A DNA stretch of 64,000 bases from positions 244 to 64,243 of the forward strand of contig CAYQDR010000011.1 of assembly GCA_964416315.1 (NCBI GenBank). Direction: 5' to 3'. Position numbers and translations under genes: made by a program. Positions 1 through 8,338 of the stretch are shown here, one piece after another. The notes beneath the pieces were generated by a model. The model was given only the letters and a program-made list of their open reading frames with translations. It ran no database searches and had not been told where the DNA came from. How positions within the stretch are numbered: the stretch's first letter is position 1; the number at the start of each line of letters is the position of its first letter. This DNA is from an uncultured bacterium. GTDB taxonomy: Bacteria > Methylomirabilota > Methylomirabilia > Rokubacteriales > DASRDR01.

Positions 1-2
1 AG

Positions 3-155
3 CAGGTCCTCCGGCTCTTCAGCCTCGTCGAGCGTCACGTGCTGCTCGACGACGGCCAGCCCGTGCAGGTCTTCGACGTCGAGCTGACAGACCTCCAACG
101 CCAGATCCTCGCCCTGCTCGGCGTCCCGGAGCACGCCTTCCGGCCAGCCCTGTAG
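3..155 (+). CDS. partial CDS: C-terminal end of an unidentified protein (5' end lies left of the window)
   Basis: Frame 3 is open from the window edge to TAG at 153-155 (QVLRLFSLVERHVLLDDGQPVQVFDVELTDLQRQILALLGVPEHAFRPAL). No recognisable family. Confidence 0.3.
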   Translation, partial: QVLRLFSLVERHVLLDDGQPVQVFDVELTDLQRQILALLGVPEHAFRPAL

Positions 156-221
156 GCGCCTCCGCTTCCGCGCTGGTCCCGCCCGAAATGGTCCATCAGA
201 TGTGCGGAAAGTAGGCCAAGC

Positions 222-236
222 CGGTAGTAACTACCG
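222..236. promoter_or_regulatory. perfect palindrome CGGTAGTAACTACCG about 20 nt upstream of the ORF 257 start; candidate operator (controller/C-box-like site of an R-M gene)
   Basis: Inverted repeat GGTAGT-A-ACTACC read directly from the sequence, positioned between a likely promoter region and ATG 257. Confidence 0.25.
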
Positions 237-256
237 CGGCTCCGGGCTAACTCCCG

Positions 257-1156
257 ATGCCTCCAACCACTCTTGCCGCCTTGCGGCATGACCGCGGGAA
301 ACTCACGCTAGGCGCCGACCGTGCAATAATGCTGGCCGAGCTCCGGAGGGCGCACATGCGTGACCTCTCAGGGGACCAATTGACCTCAGACGAGATCGAG
401 ATAGTCGAGAAGATATCTCTGCGTCTCGTTGTCCAGGCGATTGTCACCTTCGGGACCCAGGCCTGGTTGGAGTTCCGTGATTCTCCCGACAAGGAACAGG
501 ACATCACCCAGGACATTCTGCGGGATGCCTTGGATGAGCTGGCCGGCTTCTCTCGTCGCCAGAGACTACTCGGGACCGTTGACTACCGCCGAGCGCGCTG
601 GCTACCGACACCGTTCGGATTGGTTCCGCAAGCGCTTTACGTTGACGCAAAGGCCTCCCAAGAGGCCTACCGGATCAATCTACAGCTGTCGCAGATCTCC
701 ATGCGGCCGATCTACTGGGACAAGGTTTCCAAGCAGCCGGTCGAGCGGATACCCGGGGTGCCGGCAACGTCTAAGTTCGTCTTCCCGAATGAACAGACAC
801 GCGACGCCATCACGACGACGATATTCGTCCACATGGTGTACAAGGAAGAGAAGGCAGGCGACGGACCGCCGGTTCGCATGCTGGTTCACGCCGTTGTCGT
901 CGCGATCCCGAACGGCAAGTTGGAGGCCCGATACGCACCAAGCGCCGCCGACACGATCTGGCGAGCGGGGAAGCACAGCCCAAGCCGCGGAGAAGAGCCG
1001 CGGACCCGCATCTCTATCGCGGCATTACAGACCAAGGCGCGATGGAGAGTTCAACGTGTCGAATGGGACGAGAACGGAAGAGTGTCCTGCTCGTGGGTGG
1101 ACGTTGATGACAGCGGAAATCCCATCTCCCATGATGTGGTCGCGGATGCTCGATAG
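257..1156 (+). CDS. hypothetical protein; candidate restriction endonuclease cognate to the adjacent methyltransferase
   Basis: 299-aa ORF with coding-like composition in a lower-GC island. Convergent with the MTase gene, 1-nt gap between stops, a typical type II R-M layout. No family motif recognised, so the function is inference only. Confidence 0.5.
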   Translation: MPPTTLAALRHDRGKLTLGADRAIMLAELRRAHMRDLSGDQLTSDEIEIVEKISLRLVVQAIVTFGTQAWLEFRDSPDKEQDITQDILRDALDELAGFSRRQRLLGTVDYRRARWLPTPFGLVPQALYVDAKASQEAYRINLQLSQISMRPIYWDKVSKQPVERIPGVPATSKFVFPNEQTRDAITTTIFVHMVYKEEKAGDGPPVRMLVHAVVVAIPNGKLEARYAPSAADTIWRAGKHSPSRGEEPRTRISIAALQTKARWRVQRVEWDENGRVSCSWVDVDDSGNPISHDVVADAR

Positions 1157-1157
1157 C

Positions 1158-2441
1158 TTAGGGAGTCAGCTCGAAGAGTTCGCCTTGAACCCTCGTCACT
1201 TCTCGTCGGCGCAGCGGCCGGCAATCCTCAAATCGAGCAATAGCCATTGCGCAGTATTCCCGGACGACATCGATCCCGATGAAGCGTCCTCCAAGAGATA
1301 GGGTCGCCACCCCGGTTGTCCCCGCGCCGCAGAAGGGATCCAGGCAAAGCCCGCCAGGTGGCAGCGTCGCCATGAGAAGGGTTTGGGCCAGCGCCTTGGG
1401 CATCGTGGCGAAATGCTCGCGGTCGAATGGTTCAACCGACACACTCAGCACATCTCCGGGATTCTTGCCTTTCGGGTGGTTTCGAATCCGATTGTCACCG
1501 ATCTCGACTCGCATGGCTTCATCGTATGTGTTGTCCAGCTTCAGCAATACCTTGAGTTGGCCCCAGATTTTTGGCGGGGGCAGACGGGACCCAATCTTAT
1601 CCGGCCGGAAGTAATGTCGAACTCGTTCGTAGGGAAGCCTCAAGGCTCGCGCCACATCGCGGACATGGAGCTCGCGTCTACCCGCAGACTCCTTTAGGTA
1701 AGCCGCTAACTCCCACGGGTCAGGAGCGTTGGGACGTCGCTCCACATCCTTGTGACCGTCGATGTGGATCCGATGTCGTGGTGAGTTCAGCCACCTCCGA
1801 AGCTCCAGTTTTCCCATTGCCTTGCCGTTTGCCGCGTCCAGCCGCGCAAGACGGGCAAGCTCAACAGCGTCAGAGGTCTTTGGCCTAACGCGAATCCGGT
1901 CTAGGTCAAAGAAGTACTCTTCGTCCTTAGCGAGAAGAAAGACCGGCTCCCATCGATTGGCCAAGCGATCGGTAACACTGGCTGGGATGGCATTTGGCTT
2001 TGACCACACCAAACAGTTCCGGACGATCCAGCCAGAGTCCTGGAGTGCAATGGCGACGCGGAAGGGCAAGAGGCTCAGCTGCTTGTTCCGATTCCATGCC
2101 TGCCTATAGCGCTGCTCCGAGTTCTCAGAATACTTTGGTCCGCGGAAGTACACGTCGCCGATATTGAGCCATACGGTCCCGCGCATCTTAAGAAGACGCC
2201 GAATTTCCTCAAACAACTTAACCAGGCGCTCGACATAGAGCGCCGGTTCCTCCTCGGCGCCGAACTGATGCTCAATGCCGTAGTCCCGTGTCCCCCAATA
2301 GGGGGGCGAAGTCAGTACCGTATCGACCGTATCTTCCGTCAGCTGTCTCAAGACCTCGAGGCAGTCTCCGACGTGAACGACTGCCTTACCGTTCGATGTC
2401 TTGAGGACGCGTGGGGTCGAGGTCCCGCCAGAACGTGACAT
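1158..2441 (-). CDS. DNA methyltransferase, N6-adenine/N4-cytosine amino-MTase (beta-class motif order IV then I)
   Basis: Motif IV TSPPYW near the N-terminus and motif I LDPFCGAGTTGVA near the C-terminus (N6_N4_Mtase fold). SD GGGAGGG lies 8 nt upstream of ATG at 2441. Confidence 0.85.
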   Translation of the reverse strand: MSRSGGTSTPRVLKTSNGKAVVHVGDCLEVLRQLTEDTVDTVLTSPPYWGTRDYGIEHQFGAEEEPALYVERLVKLFEEIRRLLKMRGTVWLNIGDVYFRGPKYSENSEQRYRQAWNRNKQLSLLPFRVAIALQDSGWIVRNCLVWSKPNAIPASVTDRLANRWEPVFLLAKDEEYFFDLDRIRVRPKTSDAVELARLARLDAANGKAMGKLELRRWLNSPRHRIHIDGHKDVERRPNAPDPWELAAYLKESAGRRELHVRDVARALRLPYERVRHYFRPDKIGSRLPPPKIWGQLKVLLKLDNTYDEAMRVEIGDNRIRNHPKGKNPGDVLSVSVEPFDREHFATMPKALAQTLLMATLPPGGLCLDPFCGAGTTGVATLSLGGRFIGIDVVREYCAMAIARFEDCRPLRRREVTRVQGELFELTP

Positions 2442-2546
2442 GATCCCGTCCCTCCCGCGATGAGCGCCACCGGTAGGGTAGCAACTTCACCATGCCCTGT
2501 CAACTAGATGTTGTGGGTACGCGGATGCGCAAGCCCTAGGGCTTGT

Positions 2547-2574
2547 GACGCCGGTTCGATCCCGGGTCTATCCA
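2547..2574 (+). other. tRNA-like 3' fragment (T-arm GCCGG-TTCGATC-CCGGG plus acceptor 3' strand TCTATCC-A); no matching 5' half, so probably an att-site remnant
   Basis: Canonical T-loop TTCGATC with a 4-5 bp stem followed by 7 nt and a discriminator. A complementary acceptor 5' strand is not found upstream. A 16-bp perfect palindrome CAAGCCCTAGGGCTTG lies just 5' at 2530-2545. Confidence 0.3.
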
Positions 2575-2634
2575 GGCGCGGCGCCCAGCTTGGCCTCGCG
2601 TCCTGCATCAGGTCCACCCCTCGCTGACGATGTT

Positions 2635-2760
2635 CTACCGCTCGAAGACGGAGGGGGTCTCGTGCCGGCTGATCTGCCTGGCCAGCCGCTCAGGGATGCC
2701 GGCTCGGACCATGTTCCGGATGGCTGTACGCCGGAGGTCGTGGAAAATCATCCCCGGCAT
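2635..2760 (-). pseudogene. tyrosine recombinase (phage integrase family) C-terminal fragment; N-terminal ~300 aa missing
   Basis: Minus-strand translation [41 protein letters not shown]-stop matches the integrase box II region (HDLRRT ... GH.T). The in-frame continuation NIVSEG after the TAG suggests Tyr(TAY) to stop. Upstream ORF sequence is not integrase-like. Confidence 0.55.
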
Positions 2761-3155
2761 GTCACGCACGCACGCCGGCCCTCTTGCACTCCTTGCGCCA
2801 GGTCCCGTGGAACCGCAGGATGCGCTGGCCCTGGCGGTGGAAGACCCAAGAATGATCAACCCGCGCCAGCGCTCTAGGGTCTCAGTGGCTGGCCGCCTTC
2901 TGAGTCTTGAGGACCGCCAAGAGGCCGGGAGAAACGTAAGCGGCCCGCCCCCCGGATCCAAGCGGATACACCCCGTCTCCAGGTAGACCTGCCGCCACTA
3001 AAGCCTGAGGATTTCCCGCAGGCGCCAAGCCCCAGCTCGTGGCACGGCCCCTCCTGGCTCCGACGGACACCAGCCCTAGGGCCTGCTCTTGTAGGCGCCC
3101 ACAACATCTGCTATGCTTAACCAGTTCGAGGCCCGGGGTAGGGCGGAGTGAAGCC

Positions 3156-4508
3156 ATGTGTTCGGCGCGGGGCGTTCTTCCGCCGGGGGCGGTTGTGAGT
3201 CGGAGCATTCCGCAGAGCGAGACGAAGATCCTCTTTGCCCGGTCGGGCGGCATCTGCGCTTTCCCCTACTGCGGGCGTTCGCTTGTGGAGCCTGGCTCGC
3301 TCACCGACGGCGCCGTTATGGTTGGTGAAGTCGCCCACATCGTCGCTGAGAGCCGACAGGGACCACGCGGACGCGCGCCACTCGTCGAGGCCGCCCGCAA
3401 CATGCACACTAACCTGATCCTGTTCTGCCCCGAGCACCACACGATCGTCGACGCTCGGCCTGAGACATACAGTGTGGCAGTCTTGAGGCAGATGAAGGTC
3501 GATCACGAATCGCACGTCCAGCGGGCGGTCGGCGTCCCAGCGCACCGGCCTCTCTCGTCTCCCCGAACTGAGGCGATCTACAGCACCGGGCTGCCTGTCA
3601 CGCATCTCCCCGATGCGGTCTTCTTCGCGGGGTGCACGCTTGAGGACGGCACGGAAGACCAGGTAAAGAAGCTCATCAAGTATCCCAGCTCGTACGATGA
3701 ATTGGTTCCCTTCCTTCTTCGTGAGAGGAAGATCTTTGCCTTCCACGATCTGCGTCAGGCCCAGAACCCGTTTTCTCCGGTCACCGACAGCGCAAGCGCT
3801 GGGATGCTTCGCTCGACAGATCTGTGGCGCGATGCGGAAGGTAAGCGACGCTACGTCACGCTTCTCAATCGCTCCCTCTACAAGTACAGCGCCCGAGTGG
3901 CCGTCAGATACGACCCCGCGCACTATCGCTTCTACTTCCCACCCAAGACGCTGGGCAGTTCGCGCACGGTGAGGTACCGGTCGCTCGCGGGACGGTGGAG
4001 CAGGCGGAAGGTCGTCTGGCCGGCCACGAAGAAGTCGACGGGCGAAGCGCGCAACTACTGGTGGCATTTGGCAGCGGCATTGAAGTTCCACCAAATGGCG
4101 GACATGCAGTGGTGTTTAAGCATCCGACCTGAGCGGCATCTCACGACCGACGGCGAGATGCCGCTTCCGTCGGAGATGATCGGCCGCCGAGTGACCCGCC
4201 TCAAGGCGCGGATGTATAACGATCTCTACCTCGCCGAGGTCAACTTCTGGCGGGAGTACCTGTCAAAGGGCGCGCCGCGCGTCACCTTGAACTTCGGCGA
4301 TCAGTCGGGGGTCATCGAGGCCGCTTTCATGCGCATTGTTATGAAGTGGCCTGGGATTCCTGGCGATCAGAAAACAGTGAGTGGACCGACTTCCGACGAT
4401 CTCTTCAGCCTTGTTGATCTCGCGGAGACCGTCGAGGGCGAAGAGATCGAGTGGACCGATGGAGACGGGGACGAACTCGAAGAGGATCCTGACATCGATG
4501 GCAACTAG
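3156..4508 (+). CDS. HNH endonuclease domain protein with ~330-aa C-terminal extension; candidate nuclease-APAZ partner of the downstream short Argonaute
   Basis: N-terminal HNH motif ICAFPYCGRS...VGEVAHIVAE...NLILFCPEHHTIVD. GGAG sits 6 nt before ATG 3156. The stop TAG 4506-4508 overlaps the pAgo start 4498 (ATGGCAACTAG), implying translational coupling. APAZ identity of the C-terminal domain is inferred from context, not recognised by motif. Confidence 0.7.
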   Translation: MCSARGVLPPGAVVSRSIPQSETKILFARSGGICAFPYCGRSLVEPGSLTDGAVMVGEVAHIVAESRQGPRGRAPLVEAARNMHTNLILFCPEHHTIVDARPETYSVAVLRQMKVDHESHVQRAVGVPAHRPLSSPRTEAIYSTGLPVTHLPDAVFFAGCTLEDGTEDQVKKLIKYPSSYDELVPFLLRERKIFAFHDLRQAQNPFSPVTDSASAGMLRSTDLWRDAEGKRRYVTLLNRSLYKYSARVAVRYDPAHYRFYFPPKTLGSSRTVRYRSLAGRWSRRKVVWPATKKSTGEARNYWWHLAAALKFHQMADMQWCLSIRPERHLTTDGEMPLPSEMIGRRVTRLKARMYNDLYLAEVNFWREYLSKGAPRVTLNFGDQSGVIEAAFMRIVMKWPGIPGDQKTVSGPTSDDLFSLVDLAETVEGEEIEWTDGDGDELEEDPDIDGN

Positions 4509-5927
4509 ACTCGCCGCGCTCAAGCTTGCCTGTCCCTACATCGCAACCGAGTGGTTTGATGAACCGGAACTGCTATTCGCCGGTGGCTCGAGACACGTCG
4601 ACCCCAAAGTCGGGGTACCGCTCTACGGGCCGCGTTCGTTCGGGGAGCCGCGGCATAAGCGGGAACTCCATGTCGGCTTTATCGGAACCAGCGAAGCCGT
4701 TGAACATGCACGAATGTTCTATGAAAGGTGCGCAGCCGGCGTAGCCGGGACTGGCGAGGACGCGCCCTTCCCGGGCTGCAAGGAGGACCGAGGATACCGC
4801 TGCGAACTGCGGACCGATGACCGGATCGTTGAACTCATCACGAGGCAGGAGAGCAACGAACTCCTCGGAATCAAGAACAGCCGGAAGCGCTTCGAGACGA
4901 TTCTCATGCTTCTGCACGCAAAGATGCGTCTCCTTACCCAACGGGACCATCCGCTCGACTACGTGTCTGTCGTGCTCGCCGAGGACGTCTATCGAAAGTG
5001 CCGTGTCGCAAACTACACGGAAAAAGGCATGGGCCTGGTCCACCGCGATCTCAGACTGGCGTTTAAGGCGCTCGCGATGCAGTTCCATCCGCCGACCCAA
5101 ATGCTCCTCGAAACAACGACCGGACTTACGCCGCCGACTCGCCGGAAGCTTGATCACCAGTCGCGCATCGCGTGGAATCTTTTACGGCGCTCTACTTCAA
5201 GGTTGACGGCCTGCCGTGGAGCCCCGTTGGCCTTGCGCCCGGCAGTTGCTTCATCGGCATCAGCTTTTTCCGCCCGCTCGGAGAAAGGTCGACGCTACGG
5301 ACGAGCGTGGTCCAGGCATTCGATGAAGACGGGGAGGGCTTGGTGTTGAGGGGCCACAAGTTTCAGTGGGACGAGTCGCAAGGTAGGTCGCCCCATCTCT
5401 CAGAAGAGATGGCCGGGATGCTTATCGAGATGGTTTTGGAGCGTTACAGGCAGGAGCGCAGGCACCTTCCGCAGCGAGTCATCGTTCAGAAGACCTCACG
5501 CTTTGAGGTGGCAGAGCGAGCGGGCTTTGAAGAGGCCCTTAAGAAGGTGAGCCGGTACGACCTTCTCTCGCTGTGTCCCGAGAGTTCGATCCGCCTTGTG
5601 CGAGCCGGACGTTATCCGCCGCTTCGGGGAGCGGCCTTCCGGATCGGGGACGCCTGGTACCTTTACACGAGCGGATATCTGACGAGCCTCGGCGGGTATC
5701 CGCATGGTCACGTCCCGTCCCCGCTTCAGATTACCGACCATGTTGGTGATACGCCCGGGACGCAGCTGCTACGCGAGATTCTTGTGCTCACCAAGATGAA
5801 TCTGAATTCCGCGAATATGTCGGGACTGATGCCGATCACGCTGCGCTTCTCGCGACTCGTCGGCGATATTCTCCGGGAGGTACCGGAGAGCCAGACACCG
5901 CAACCCCAGTATAAGTACTACATGTAG
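4498..5927 (+). CDS. short prokaryotic Argonaute (MID-PIWI only, about 476 aa), catalytically inactive PIWI; reading frame interrupted by a 1-nt indel at T-run 5180-5183
   Basis: MID-like K...HPPTQ...K segment followed by a bridging IAWNL motif. Canonical PIWI entry motif TALYFKVDGLPW. First catalytic GxDV is replaced by CFIGISF and the RDG motif by QKTSRF (DEDX lost). C-terminal PIWI segment RIGDAWYLYTSGY...PITLRFSRLVGDIL. ORFs 4381-5349 (frame 1) and 5172-5927 (frame 3) join to a continuous Ago sequence if one T is added at 5180-5183. Confidence 0.75.
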
Positions 5928-6019
5928 TTGGGCTGCTCACCTGCCATCGACTAGGCAGCGGAAGCAAGCCGGGCTTGAGCATGTGTTTTCGGGCCTTGGC
6001 CGTGATAGACCGCTCGTAA

Positions 6020-6460
6020 CCGGCGCGGCACGAACACTCGACCCAGAGCCAGTTGGTCATCGGGCCGGCGATCGTCCTGGGGCTGAGCCAGGGGGCGTAC
6101 ATCGCCCGCATGTCCCGCTCGTGTCTCCTCGAGGTGATCCGCGAGGACTTCGTCCGGACCGCGCGGGCGAAAGGGCTGATCGAAGGCCTGGTCGTCCTGC
6201 GGCACGCGCTGCCCAACGCCCTCCTCCCGGTCATCACGGTCTCGGGGATCCTGATGGGCTTCGTGCTCGGCGGCTCGGTGGCGGTCGAGCAGGCCTTCGG
6301 CGTGCCGGGGCTCGGCCGGGCCCTCGTCACGGCCGTGATCGAGCGGGACATCGTGGTCGTGCAGAACCTGGTGCTGCTCTACGGCGTCATCTTCGTCCTG
6401 ATCAACGTCCTCGTCGACCTGAGCTACGCGTGGCTGGATCCGCGGATTCGCTATCAGTAG
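6020..6460 (+). pseudogene. DppB/OppB-family ABC permease, C-terminal ~135-aa fragment only (5' part of the gene absent)
   Basis: The frame opens after TAA 6017-6019. Sequence PAIVLGLSQGAYIARMSRSCLLEVIREDFVRTARAKGL...DPRIRYQ matches the conserved C-terminal third of DppB. There is no upstream homology. It abuts the lower-GC island. Confidence 0.6.
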
Positions 6461-6495
6461 CGCGGCCGGGCGGATCGGGGCTCGCCCTGGGCCGC

Positions 6496-7410
6496 GTGCG
6501 GCGCTCGGTCCTCGGCGAGCTGTGGCGCGTGGCCTGGCGCAACCCCACGGCCCTGGTCGGGGGGATCCTGGTCGCCGTCGTCGTCCTGATGGCCGTCGGC
6601 GCGCCGCTCGTCGCGCCCGCCGACCCCCTGAAGACGGACTTCCGGCGCCTGAGCCGGCCCCCGGACGCGCAGAGCCTCTTCGGGACCGACCAGGTGGGCC
6701 GGGACTCCTTGAGCCGGGTGATCTACGGGGCGCGCGCGTCCATGGTGGTGGCGTTCTCGGCGGTGCTCCTGGGGACGACCGTGGGCGCCCTCTGGGGCCT
6801 GGCGTGCGGCTACCTCGGGGGCCGGTTCGACCTCGTCAGCCAGCGGGTCATGGAGGTGCTCCAGTCCTTTCCGGACCTGATCCTGGCGATGGCCATCTCC
6901 ATGGCCATCGGCACCGGGATGCCGGCGGTGATCGTGGCGATCGCCGTCACCCGGATCCCCTTCGGCGGCCGGGTGATCCGCTCGGTGGCGCTGAGCGTGA
7001 AGGAGCTGGCCTACGTGGAGGCGGGGCGGTCGTCCGGGGCGTCGGCCGTGCGGATCATGACGTACCACGTCCTGCCGCAGTGCCTCGCGCCCTATCTGGT
7101 CCTCGCCACCACGCACCTCGGGGTCGCCATCGTCATCGAGGCGGCGCTGGGGTTTCTCGGGGTGGGGATTCCGCCGCCCACGCCGACCTGGGGCAACATG
7201 CTGGCGGATTCGCTGACGTCCCTGGTGCCGCACTGGTGGCTCGTGTTCTTTCCGGGGCTGGCCATCACGGTCACGGTACTGGCGTTCAACCTACTCGGGG
7301 ACGGCATTCGGGACACGCTCGACCCGCGCCTGTCGCCGGCCTTCCTGCGCCTCGTTACCACCGGCCGGTCCGGCGGCGCTGGGACCCTCGGGCTTTCGAG
7401 CAAGCAGTAG
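6496..7410 (+). CDS. ABC transporter permease, DppC/OppC family
   Basis: GELWRVAWRNPTALVGG...FGTDQVGRD...LGDGIRDTLDPRL are typical OppC N-terminal and EAA-loop region features. GTG start at 6496 is in frame. Confidence 0.75.
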   Translation: MRRSVLGELWRVAWRNPTALVGGILVAVVVLMAVGAPLVAPADPLKTDFRRLSRPPDAQSLFGTDQVGRDSLSRVIYGARASMVVAFSAVLLGTTVGALWGLACGYLGGRFDLVSQRVMEVLQSFPDLILAMAISMAIGTGMPAVIVAIAVTRIPFGGRVIRSVALSVKELAYVEAGRSSGASAVRIMTYHVLPQCLAPYLVLATTHLGVAIVIEAALGFLGVGIPPPTPTWGNMLADSLTSLVPHWWLVFFPGLAITVTVLAFNLLGDGIRDTLDPRLSPAFLRLVTTGRSGGAGTLGLSSKQ

Positions 7411-7650
7411 TCGCGAACCACGCCACCCATCACCGGAGCGAGATCGCGACCATGGTCACGATGAGGAGCGGCTCACCGCCAGACACTGGGCTCGTCACCT
7501 ACGAGCTCCTCAAGTTCGGCCGGATGACGCCGCGATGAGCACGAAGGATCTCGCCGCCGACCTCGCGGCCTGAAGGCATTCGGGCAAGGTTTGCGCGACG
7601 GCGGGTTGAGGGACAGAGCAGAACGGGACGGCCGTCCTGGTGGCGCACCG

Positions 7651-7686
7651 GAAAAAGCGAACGGCGCAGGAGAGTGCTCCTGCGCC
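7651..7686 (-). terminator. Rho-independent terminator downstream of the RNA-binding-protein gene
   Basis: Minus strand reads GGCGCAGGAG-CACT-CTCCTGCGCC followed by GTTCGCTTTTTCC. 10-bp GC stem plus U-run immediately 3' of stop 7707. Confidence 0.6.
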
Positions 7687-7706
7687 GTTCCCGATCCGGG
7701 CCGTGC

Positions 7707-7997
7707 TTACCAGCGCGCGGTGCGCCGTCCGCCACCCGAGCCGCCGGCGCCCGGCGACTTGGCCACGTTGACCATCAGCTTCCGGCCCTCGAAGGGCTGG
7801 TCGTTCAGCTTGGAGATGGCCGTCTGGGCCTCGGCCTCCGTGGACATCTCCACGAAGCCGAAGCCGCGCGACTGGCCCGAGAACCGATCCGCGATCACCG
7901 TGGCGGACTCGACGGTGCCGCACTGGGCGAAGTACTCACGGAGGCTCTCGGAAGTGGTGGAATAGGACAGACCGCCGACGTACAGCTTGGACGCCAT
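7707..7997 (-). CDS. RRM-type RNA-binding protein with Gly-rich C-tail
   Basis: MASKLYVGGLSYSTTSESLREYFAQCGTV...RGFGFVEM carries the RNP2/RNP1 motifs. Strong SD AAAGGAGG lies 8 nt upstream of ATG 7997. Confidence 0.85.
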   Translation of the reverse strand: MASKLYVGGLSYSTTSESLREYFAQCGTVESATVIADRFSGQSRGFGFVEMSTEAEAQTAISKLNDQPFEGRKLMVNVAKSPGAGGSGGGRRTARW

Positions 7998-8338
7998 GTA
8001 GCGCCTCCTTTGGAAACCCCGGTCGCCCGGGGCTCGACTCTTCCGCAATGGGTTCACGCCCCGGACACGCGGAAGAGCCTATCGGAGGCGAGGCCAGATT
8101 CGCTGCGCCGTCGTCGGCGCGACACCCGGCAAGAACACACGCAGTGTAGCACGCGGCGCCCGACGCCAGGGGGGAATTCCTTCGGCTACGCCAACGCCCA
8201 TCGGCGGCGCGCGCCGGACCGAGTCGATCCCGGGGTTGATGCCGACGAGGACCAGGTCGAGGCCGGGGCGGAGATAGTCCGGCAGCGTCGTGAACGAGGA
8301 CCGCACGCTCGGAACGTGTAGCGCGTTCGCGCGCCGGC

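Noticed and set aside
2461-2580. Possible complete tRNA gene next to the integrase remnant
   Set aside because: Only the T-arm and 3' acceptor strand are present. No complementary 5' acceptor strand (expected GGATAGA) or anticodon arm could be found. Called a fragment.
3088-3112. Candidate promoter TTGTAG-17-TATGCT upstream of the HNH gene
   Set aside because: Only 4/6 matches in each hexamer. Plausible but not distinguishable from chance.
5928-6019. Weak hairpin plus TTTT after the pAgo stop as a terminator
   Set aside because: The stem is only about 5-6 bp and the T-run is separated by 9 nt. Not convincing.
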